A DNA stretch of 43,177 nt. It comes from Parcubacteria group bacterium (GTDB lineage Bacteria; Patescibacteriota; Minisyncoccia; Phycocordibacterales; Zambryskibacteraceae). Position 1 is the first letter of the stretch. Each line of letters opens with the position of its first letter. Made by a program: the position numbers and the translations under genes. The stretch spans positions 1-43,177 of the forward strand of contig JAQBRH010000006.1 of assembly GCA_028286565.1 (NCBI GenBank). The letters run 5' to 3'. The notes beneath the pieces were generated by a model that had not been told where the DNA came from, did no database searches, and saw only the letters and a list, made by a program, of their open reading frames with translations. Below, piece after piece: positions 35,819 to 43,177 of the stretch.

Positions 35819-36684
35819 AAACGATCGTTACCCACAGCGGCATGTTCCATATTGACGAAGTTTTCGCCGTTGCGACGGTCCTGTTGGTATATCCGGACGC
35901 TAAGGTCATCCGTTCGCGTGATATGGAAGTGATCAAAGCGGCGGACATAGCGATTGATGTGGGGATGGAATATGATTCTGAGAGTCTGCGCTTTGATCAC
36001 CATCAGGAAGGAGGAGCGGACGTGCGTCCAAACGGCATCCCATATGCTTCTTTCGGCCTTGTCTGGAGGGAGTACGGCTTTCGTTTGGCTCGAGACGGAA
36101 AGGATATCATCGAAGAAAAATTGGTCATCCCGATAGACGGACCGGACAATGGGGTGTCGATCTATGAACCAAAGTTTGAAGGTATCGAGCCATATACCAT
36201 TCGAGATTTCATCTATTCATTCTTGAGCTATGATGATCGATCCGAAAACCGTATTAACGAGGCCTTTATGTCGGCGGTCGAGCAAGCTAAGGGGGTTCTG
36301 GAGAGAGAGATCACGAAGGCCGAGGAGCGGGCCATCGGTATGAAGGAAGTGCGCAAAATATATGACAGTGCCGTAGACAAGCGGATCATCGTTTTGGATA
36401 AAGATCTTCCCTGGGAACCGGTACTTGCCCCCACTCCCGAAGCGATGTTTGTCGTCTATCCAAGAAAGGAGGGTAACTGGGGGACCAAGGGAGTGCCGGT
36501 AAAAAATTTCGGCTTTGAAAGAAAAAAACTTTTTCCCTATGCGTGGGTGGGCAAATCAGCAAAGGAATTAGCGAAGGTGACCGGGGTCCCCGATGCTTGC
36601 TTCTGCCACAACGGCCGATTCATTACTACTGCAAATTCTAAAGAAGGAGCCATGAAGCTTGCGGAGATCGCTTTAAACGCATAA
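35815..36684 (+). CDS. MYG1 family DHH-type exonuclease
   Basis: IVTHSGMFHIDE, DVG, FDHHQ, FCHNGRF. Confidence 0.9.
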   Translation: MKTIVTHSGMFHIDEVFAVATVLLVYPDAKVIRSRDMEVIKAADIAIDVGMEYDSESLRFDHHQEGGADVRPNGIPYASFGLVWREYGFRLARDGKDIIEEKLVIPIDGPDNGVSIYEPKFEGIEPYTIRDFIYSFLSYDDRSENRINEAFMSAVEQAKGVLEREITKAEERAIGMKEVRKIYDSAVDKRIIVLDKDLPWEPVLAPTPEAMFVVYPRKEGNWGTKGVPVKNFGFERKKLFPYAWVGKSAKELAKVTGVPDACFCHNGRFITTANSKEGAMKLAEIALNA

Positions 36685-36693
36685 GGTACGCAT

Positions 36694-37653
36694 ATGTTCA
36701 TCGACGAAATATCATTACATCTAAAAGCCGGACGCGGAGGAGACGGGGTTGAACGCTGGCTCCATGAGAAAGGCAAAGACCTCGGCGGCCCTTCGGGCGG
36801 GAACGGCGGCAAGGGCGGCGATGTGTTCGCCGTAGCCATTCGCGACATCGGCATCCTGTCATCGTATAGAAAAGAAAAAATATTTGAAGCCAAGCGCGGA
36901 GAAGACGGAGCAAAAAATACATGGCACGGAGGCGACGGGGAAGATATAGAAATAAAATTTCCGATCGGCTCCATTATCACAAATCAGGAAACGGGCCACG
37001 TCTTTGAGCTCATGGAAGACGGTCAAAGGATCAAACTTCTTTCAGGCGGACGCGGAGGGCTGGGGAACGAGCATTTCAGATCGTCGACGAACACGAGCCC
37101 TGTAGAGACGACCCTCGGGGTTGAAGGAGAAGAAGCGGATTTCCATATTGAGGTCGAACTGGCGGTTGACTTTGGCCTCATCGGGTTGCCAAACGCAGGG
37201 AAGTCGAGTCTCTTGAATGCCCTTACTCGAGCGCGTTCTAAGGTGGGAGCCTTCCCGTTCACTACTCTCGAGCCGTCCCTGGGAGATATGTACGGGGCTA
37301 TCATCGGGGACATCCCGGGGCTCATTGAAGGAGCCGCCGAGGGCAAGGGCCTTGGTCATAAGTTCTTAAGGCATATAAAACGTACTAAAGGGTTGATACA
37401 CCTTATATCCTCAGAAGAGCAAGATCCATTAGAGACTTATAAGGTTGTACAACGTGAATTGGAACTCTATAACAAAGCAATTCTCAAGAAGCCTGAGATC
37501 ATCCTTTTGACTAAAGTGGATATGGTGAATGATGCGGAGAGGGAAGCCAAGCTGGAGGCGCTTCGAACCTTGGGGAAGGAAGTCTACCCAATGTCGGTGA
37601 TTGATGATACGCTCATAAAAGCTTTTAAGGATATACTTTCACAGAAGACATGA
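36694..37653 (+). CDS. obgE: GTPase Obg/CgtA (no C-terminal domain)
   Basis: MFIDE...AGRGGDG, GGPSGGNGGKGG, GLPNAGKS, PFTTLEP, DIPGLIEGA, TKVD. Confidence 0.96.
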   Translation: MFIDEISLHLKAGRGGDGVERWLHEKGKDLGGPSGGNGGKGGDVFAVAIRDIGILSSYRKEKIFEAKRGEDGAKNTWHGGDGEDIEIKFPIGSIITNQETGHVFELMEDGQRIKLLSGGRGGLGNEHFRSSTNTSPVETTLGVEGEEADFHIEVELAVDFGLIGLPNAGKSSLLNALTRARSKVGAFPFTTLEPSLGDMYGAIIGDIPGLIEGAAEGKGLGHKFLRHIKRTKGLIHLISSEEQDPLETYKVVQRELELYNKAILKKPEIILLTKVDMVNDAEREAKLEALRTLGKEVYPMSVIDDTLIKAFKDILSQKT

Positions 37654-39029
37654 GCGGATATACCCCCACGGTCGGCCTAGAGATCCACGCAGAGCTTCGT
37701 ACTAAAACGAAGATGTTTTGTAGCTCAAAAAACGATACGGAAGAGAAGCGGGCGAACGCAAATATCTGTCCCGTATGCATGGGCTACCCGGGAACTCTCC
37801 CGGTCATAAATAAAGAGGCGGTGCGCCTTGTGCTTTCGCTTGGAACCGCCGTGGGAGGGGAGCTCGCGGATTATACAGAATTCGATCGCAAAAATTATTT
37901 TTATCCGGATATCCCAAAGGGCTACCAGATCAGCCAATACGCGTACCCCCTCGTGAAGGGCGGAGAGATCGCGGGAGTGGCGCTGACTCGAGTGCATCTT
38001 GAAGAAGATACAGCCAAGTCAACGCACGATACCGGGGATCAAAGTCTTCTTGATTTTAATCGAGCCGGAGTGCCGCTTATGGAGCTGGTAACGGAACCCG
38101 TTATTCACGATGCGGAAAGTGCGGCGCGCTTTGCCAAAGAGCTTCAACTGCTCCTCATCTACCTCGGGGCAAGCTTTGCCAATATGGAAAAAGGCGAGAT
38201 GCGCGTCGAAGCGAACATCTCCGTATCCAAGGATGATACGCTCGGCACAAAGGTCGAAGTAAAGAATTTGAACTCCTTTAAGGCCGTGGAAAAATCCATC
38301 CGCTATGAGATCGAACGGCACGTAGCTCTCCTTGAGAAAGGGGAGAAGGTCATGCAAGAAACCCGCGGATGGGATGAGAACAAAGAGGCGACGTTCTCTC
38401 AGAGAGCCAAAGAAGATTCCCATGATTATCGCTATTTTCCCGACCCGGATCTACCCAAGCTTTTTGTGCGCGAGATGCCGGAATTTTCTACCGAAGCCCT
38501 CAGGGCCTCCCTTCCGGAGCTTCCGTGGCAGAAGCGAGAGCGATTCCTGAGGGAATTCGGGATCAAATCCGAGGACGTCGAATTCTATGTCCGAGACCGC
38601 GCCTGGGGCGCATATTTTGAAACAGTCGCCCCGAGCCTCGAGAAGGAGATGTACCAGCTCGCCTCGAACTACATCTTGTCCGACCTCAAAGAGCCGATCG
38701 ATCCTGAGAGCTTCAAAGAAGTGATCCGCATGATCCATGGGGAAGAAATTTCATCCCGCGGCGCGAAAGATATCTTGAAATATTTACATGAGAACGACGG
38801 TGATCCGAAAAAGATCGCTGAAGAAAAAGGACTCATCCAAAAAAGCGATGCGGGAGAATTAAAATTAATAGCAGAAAAAGTTATCGCCGAGAACGCCGCT
38901 GCGGTGCAGGAATATAAGAACGGCAAAGTCTCATCGCTCCAGTTCCTTGTTGGCCAAGGCATGAAGGCTTCCAAGGGGAGCGCAAACCCCGGGGTGCTGA
39001 AGGGTGTCCTCGAAGAGATGCTCGCATAG
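37650..39029 (+). CDS. gatB: Asp-tRNA(Asn)/Glu-tRNA(Gln) amidotransferase subunit B
   Basis: VGLEIHAEL, FDRKNYFYPD, HLEED, DFNRAGVPLMELVTEP, EVKNLNSF, DYRYFPDPDLP. Confidence 0.98.
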   Translation: MSGYTPTVGLEIHAELRTKTKMFCSSKNDTEEKRANANICPVCMGYPGTLPVINKEAVRLVLSLGTAVGGELADYTEFDRKNYFYPDIPKGYQISQYAYPLVKGGEIAGVALTRVHLEEDTAKSTHDTGDQSLLDFNRAGVPLMELVTEPVIHDAESAARFAKELQLLLIYLGASFANMEKGEMRVEANISVSKDDTLGTKVEVKNLNSFKAVEKSIRYEIERHVALLEKGEKVMQETRGWDENKEATFSQRAKEDSHDYRYFPDPDLPKLFVREMPEFSTEALRASLPELPWQKRERFLREFGIKSEDVEFYVRDRAWGAYFETVAPSLEKEMYQLASNYILSDLKEPIDPESFKEVIRMIHGEEISSRGAKDILKYLHENDGDPKKIAEEKGLIQKSDAGELKLIAEKVIAENAAAVQEYKNGKVSSLQFLVGQGMKASKGSANPGVLKGVLEEMLA

Positions 39030-39034
39030 TCCCC

Positions 39035-39074
39035 AAATAAAAACACTCTCCCATTCGGGAGAGTGTTTTTATTT
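39035..39074. terminator. Bidirectional terminator between convergent gatB and the MerR-type gene
   Basis: Perfect 18-bp inverted repeat AAATAAAAACACTCTCCC-ATTC-GGGAGAGTGTTTTTATTT. Confidence 0.9.
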
Positions 39075-39314
39075 CTCGTCCTCAAGGTGCTGGATCATCA
39101 GTTTCTTGATCCTTTTCTCGGCGTTCGACTTCGTGGTCCCTCCTTCAATATCTTCGATAACGTGCTCTAGTGCGGAGAGCTTGTAGACCCGGTAATTGTT
39201 CATGGGATGCCTGTTGGCTTTGAACTTGCCAAGCTTGTCCCAGTTCCTTAGGGTGAGGGGAGACACTCCAAGTATCTCGGCAGCCTCCTTAATTGAAAAG
39301 TAAATTTCTTTCAT
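39069..39314 (-). CDS. MerR-type helix-turn-helix DNA-binding protein (81 aa)
   Basis: SIKEAAEILGVSPLTLRNWDKLG...R.PMNNYRVY. Confidence 0.88.
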   Translation of the reverse strand: MKEIYFSIKEAAEILGVSPLTLRNWDKLGKFKANRHPMNNYRVYKLSALEHVIEDIEGGTTKSNAEKRIKKLMIQHLEDEK

Positions 39315-39600
39315 TGGTTTAGATGCATAAACATTGATAATCTTCTATAAATATAGTATCACAATTTAACAAGCTCTAATAAGGTTTAAGTGTTGATAAA
39401 CTCGCTTTCAAAAATTACCTGAAATTTATTGTGCCTGTTCTGCCTATGCTAGTTTAATTAATCGTTGAGAAACGGCTATTTCATTGCATATCGTAAGGAA
39501 GTTCTAAATTAAAATTATTCTGTATATGCTCATCGGCTATCCCCATTTTTGCCTGAAATGGGTTTTGATATTGATGAGCCGAGATTTATAATTTATGTTG

Positions 39601-40488
39601 ATGAATAAAGGTCTTTCTTTCGATGGTAAGGAATATATCTCGGCAAGCCGAGCTGCAGAAAAGCTAAGTTATGCTCAGGATTATATTGGCGCGTTGATTC
39701 GAACCGGAAAAGTTCCCGGCCGCATGATCGGCCGTTCTTGGTATGTTGACTATGATTCTCTCCTTGCCCATAAAAAAGGCAGAAAAATAAAAAAGGAAAA
39801 ATCTCAGAATAATTTCCAGACAGAAGTTCCTTCTCAGGCAAAAATTGAATATGAGGATCTGCTTGCCGCAAATGAAGAAATTCCTTTGATGCAAAAGGCC
39901 GCGGCCGAAGAGACCGCTATGCCTCTGAGAACCTTTTTCAAATATGAGCAGGATGTACAACCTCGGCTACCCGAGCTTTCAAAACCCCATAGTAGCCCTA
40001 TAAGAAAAGGTAATTTCGTTCAGCGTACCGCGATCGCTGTTGCAGTGATTACACTCATTATCTCGAGTCTGCCCTTGATGGAGCATGCCTCCCCCAGACT
40101 TTCTGACAAGTTTAATAGTGGTGTCGCGTCTTCAATGGCCGTTTTGGAAACCGGATCAAATCATGCCGCCTCGATCCTGGGGCTTTTCAATATTGAGATG
40201 GCGCCGTTCCTTAGAAAAATGCTCGGCTTTGAGCCAAAAGTAGTGCCCGCTCTTACCGGCGAGCCCTTGGTCACCGAGGCGCAAACTGCGGGAGGCCTCG
40301 TGGTCTTGCCGACAGATGAAAATCATGACGCCGAGGTAGCCCGCATACAGAGCGCCTTCTCGGATCCGGTGGCGGTGCTCGCCGATACGAGCGGAGATTC
40401 AGGCGTGATCACCCCCGTTTTTCATCCCGGAGACGACACTCGGGGATATACATATGTCCTTGTTCCCATACAATCCAAAACGCAATGA
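39601..40488 (+). CDS. N-terminal HTH (excisionase/HTH_17-like) protein with a central TM segment (alternative start 39595)
   Basis: YISASRAAEKLSYAQDYIGALIRTGKVPGRMIGRSWYV, then hydrophobic AIAVAVITLIISSLPL; TATAAT 8 nt before ATG 39601. Confidence 0.8.
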   Translation: MNKGLSFDGKEYISASRAAEKLSYAQDYIGALIRTGKVPGRMIGRSWYVDYDSLLAHKKGRKIKKEKSQNNFQTEVPSQAKIEYEDLLAANEEIPLMQKAAAEETAMPLRTFFKYEQDVQPRLPELSKPHSSPIRKGNFVQRTAIAVAVITLIISSLPLMEHASPRLSDKFNSGVASSMAVLETGSNHAASILGLFNIEMAPFLRKMLGFEPKVVPALTGEPLVTEAQTAGGLVVLPTDENHDAEVARIQSAFSDPVAVLADTSGDSGVITPVFHPGDDTRGYTYVLVPIQSKTQ

Positions 40489-41918
40489 TCTCCTCTTTTA
40501 AAAAACTTATTGCAGCTTCTCTTCTTATCATGCTTGTTCCTTCTCTTTCTTTTGCACAGGTCCGTTCATCAAGCGCCTACAAGATCCAATCCGATAGCAT
40601 TAATTTTGCCGGAGGATTTGGCGCAAGCGCAACGTATAAGGTAGAGTCGGCGCTCGGAGAAACGGGCACGGGGAGACTGGCGAGCGCGAGCTACGGCTTA
40701 TTTGATGCCGGGTATCTGCATCCCGCGCCTTCTTCCGGAGGGGCTGCTCCGAACGCTCCATCGTCGGGAGGAGGATCCTCTTCGCCGAGCTCAAGTCATC
40801 CGGTGGTGACGAGCTCGCCCGACGAACCGCTTTTTTACATTGCGACGACGGACACAAGCGCGATCGTTATATTTCGAACGAGCATGGATGTGACCGCCCG
40901 CATCGCCTGGGGTGAAAATGCCGGCTATGCATCAGGCTCGGCCGCCGAGGTCGGGTACGGGGCATATCATAAATTCCTCCTCAAGAATCTTGCGCCGGGT
41001 ACTTCATACACCATGAAGGCGGTCATCACAACCGGCACGGGTAAAACGAATTCGTATGAAAATATCGAGTTCGCTACGCTTCTTCATCCGTTCGTAAATC
41101 TTCCTCTGAACGTCCTGTCATTCTCGGCCGCGCCGGGGACGCGCGCCATCGATCTCGCCTGGAAGCTCCCGAACGATCCCAATGTAGTTGCGAAGAGGAT
41201 CGTGCGCTCGACGAATTTTTATCCTACGTCTCCGGAAGACGGAGAGATCATATTTAACGAGCGGATGAGCGGGACGGAGAACTTCTCTGATACCAATGTA
41301 AAGCCGGGCGTCACGTACTACTATGCGATCTTTACCGAAGATCTGGCAGGCAACTTTTCCTCAGGCGCCATAGATTCGGCGCGCATCCTGCTTCACGGCG
41401 AGGCGCAGGCGACCTCTACCCCGCTTGAGAACATCCCGGATGCAGAGAACGTCGATCCGCTGATCGCCAAGCTGTCTTTGATCAATTTCACTTTCAGCCA
41501 GGACGGAGCTGTCCTCGATCCGAACGGCGAGATCGTCACCATCGACGGCAACAAGAACCTCAAGATCTCTCTCAGGTACACCGATCTGCCGAAAGTGCTG
41601 AAGACGGTGGCGGTTACGCTCGTCACCATCGAACCCGAGCCAAAATCGTTCACCTTTATCCTCCGGGCAAACAGCGCAAAAACGAGATACGAAGCCACGA
41701 TCGGATCTCTGGGTAAAACAGATAGCTATAGGCTGAAGATCACCATTATTGACTTCAAGAACCAGGGATTGAAAAAGATCAACGGGGCGCTGGTCGTGCA
41801 TTCGGGAGATCCGGCCTCCTACTCTGATGATGACATCAACAGGCTCCTTACATACCTTCTCTTGATCCTCGGCCTGTTTGTGATCGTCGTGTACCTTTTC
41901 AGGAACCGCCATGAATAG
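40485..41918 (+). CDS. Secreted, C-terminally membrane-anchored protein with Ig/FN3-like domains
   Basis: Signal peptide ...SLSFA, Ser/Gly linker, LKNLAPGTSY and FSDTNVKPGVTYYYAIF (FN3-like), C-terminal TM followed by RNRHE. Confidence 0.8.
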   Translation: MISSFKKLIAASLLIMLVPSLSFAQVRSSSAYKIQSDSINFAGGFGASATYKVESALGETGTGRLASASYGLFDAGYLHPAPSSGGAAPNAPSSGGGSSSPSSSHPVVTSSPDEPLFYIATTDTSAIVIFRTSMDVTARIAWGENAGYASGSAAEVGYGAYHKFLLKNLAPGTSYTMKAVITTGTGKTNSYENIEFATLLHPFVNLPLNVLSFSAAPGTRAIDLAWKLPNDPNVVAKRIVRSTNFYPTSPEDGEIIFNERMSGTENFSDTNVKPGVTYYYAIFTEDLAGNFSSGAIDSARILLHGEAQATSTPLENIPDAENVDPLIAKLSLINFTFSQDGAVLDPNGEIVTIDGNKNLKISLRYTDLPKVLKTVAVTLVTIEPEPKSFTFILRANSAKTRYEATIGSLGKTDSYRLKITIIDFKNQGLKKINGALVVHSGDPASYSDDDINRLLTYLLLILGLFVIVVYLFRNRHE

Positions 41919-43177
41919 ATCTCTCGCCTACATCATCATCCTTTCCGCCGTTATCGTTTCTTTTGTGACGCCTGCGAACGCGGCGACGTGGAATGCGAGC
42001 TTCACTCCGGAGATCAATTATCAGGGCCGCCTCGTCACTCCGGCCGATGCGGCTGTTCCTGACGGGCTCTATAATATACGCTTCAAGCTCTACACCGCTT
42101 CATCGGGAGGAAGTCCGATCTGGACGGAAACGCTGTCCGGGGCTAATCAGGTTCAAGTGACCTCGGGCCTCTTTTCGGTCATGCTCGGAGCGGTCACTTC
42201 TCTCACTACTATTGATTTTAACCAAGTGCTGTATTTGACGATCGAGGTCGGAGGCACCGGAGGTTCTCCGAGCTGGGACGGGGAAATGACGCCGAGAAAG
42301 GTGCTCGGTGCGGTTCCCGCTGCCATGACCGCCTATACGCTGAATGGCCTCGACTCGACTCAATTCGTACGCAGCGACGCGAATTCGACCATTACCGGAG
42401 ACCTCATCATCAACGGCAATTCTACGACCACCGCGGCTACGACTACCCGCTTTTTCTCCACCACCGGCACGGTGACCAATCTGTCCGCCTCTACGTTTAC
42501 CGGCGCGGGCCTTACCACATGCAACAACGCATCCTCCGCCTTGATGTGGAATGCGGGGACGTTTAGCTGTCATACGATCTCGGGGGGCGGAGGAGGCACG
42601 GATGTTAACTGGTCGTTCTTCAACGGTTCGGGCATCATGCTCGCTACCACGACAAACCAAGTCTTGATCGGCGGATCTGCTACCACCTCGACCGCCAAGC
42701 TCGAAGTTGTCGGAGGCATTCAAGTATCCGCCTCGACTACGCTCCAGGACTTCACTTTTACGAACGCCACAGGCTCACAGGCGACCACTACGTCTCTCTT
42801 CTTCACCAAAGCTCAGGGCGGGTCGCTTATTGCGAGTGGCCTCGGAACTTTCCAGAATCTGCTTGTTCTCGGATCAACGACGCTCCAAGATTTTACAGCG
42901 CACACATCAACGTCGTCCCAAGCCACCACGACAAATTTCTTTACCACTACCGGCACGCATACCAATTTGTATTTCACGACCGCGAACGGAGCGACCGAAA
43001 CCCTCACCGGCACTCTCACTGCGGGGAATCTTCTCGTCAATGGCTCCTCCACTCTCCAAAGCTTCACCTTCGTCAGTGCTACCGGCACGCAAGCCACCAC
43101 CTCGCGTTTCGCTATCTCGAGCATTACGTCCAAGCTTCTCAAAGCTGATGCCAACGGCTCGGTCATCGGAGCCATCG
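41911..43177 (+). CDS. Large secreted Thr-rich repetitive surface protein, 3'-truncated by the window (absent from the ORF track)
   Basis: Open frame from ATG 41911 to the window end. Signal peptide ...TPANA, INYQGRL...RFKLY...WTET...GLFSVMLG domain, LNGLDSTQFVRSD, and three STTLQDFT...QATTT-like repeats. Confidence 0.88.
   Translation, partial: MNRSLAYIIILSAVIVSFVTPANAATWNASFTPEINYQGRLVTPADAAVPDGLYNIRFKLYTASSGGSPIWTETLSGANQVQVTSGLFSVMLGAVTSLTTIDFNQVLYLTIEVGGTGGSPSWDGEMTPRKVLGAVPAAMTAYTLNGLDSTQFVRSDANSTITGDLIINGNSTTTAATTTRFFSTTGTVTNLSASTFTGAGLTTCNNASSALMWNAGTFSCHTISGGGGGTDVNWSFFNGSGIMLATTTNQVLIGGSATTSTAKLEVVGGIQVSASTTLQDFTFTNATGSQATTTSLFFTKAQGGSLIASGLGTFQNLLVLGSTTLQDFTAHTSTSSQATTTNFFTTTGTHTNLYFTTANGATETLTGTLTAGNLLVNGSSTLQSFTFVSATGTQATTSRFAISSITSKLLKADANGSVIGAI

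Noticed and set aside
1-43177. CRISPR array, transposase, prophage or integron cassettes
   Set aside because: I saw no regularly spaced repeats, recombinase/transposase motifs, phage structural genes or attC-like sites by eye. The stand-alone GGAGA genes share an architecture but no flanking recombination repeat.

Overview
Fragment of a Patescibacteria (CPR, Parcubacteria-like) chromosome. The taxonomy is inferred from 16S signatures and gene families, not from a database search. The window opens in the 3' half of a 16S rRNA gene that is not followed by 23S. That gene has a 60-nt hairpin at helix 40, no canonical anti-Shine-Dalgarno (aSD) tail, and a ~180-nt trailer of tandem hairpins. Next come an orphan membrane-protein gene, tRNA-Ile(GAT) whose CCA overlaps the next start codon, a small operon (short UDP-glucose dehydrogenase-like, DedA) and a VirD4/HerA-like ATPase. 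A ~25 kb surface-glycan locus follows: many GT4/GT2/GT11 glycosyltransferases, seven methyltransferase domains, a deacetylase, RmlB, a GDP-mannose 3,5-epimerase-like enzyme, Wzm/Wzt and an O-antigen-ligase/TPR protein. After it are an unannotated 25-aa lysine-rich micropeptide unit, secA, DedA, a thioredoxin/DsbB pair, MYG1, obgE, gatB, a MerR-type HTH, and a divergent operon of membrane/secreted proteins that ends in a truncated large surface protein. The most striking theme is translation initiation. Operon heads look (near-)leaderless and internal genes look translationally coupled. Three stand-alone genes nevertheless carry a GGAGA SD-like motif, and the nearest aSD-like CTCCT sits ~90 nt downstream of helix 45 in a loop of the 16S trailer.
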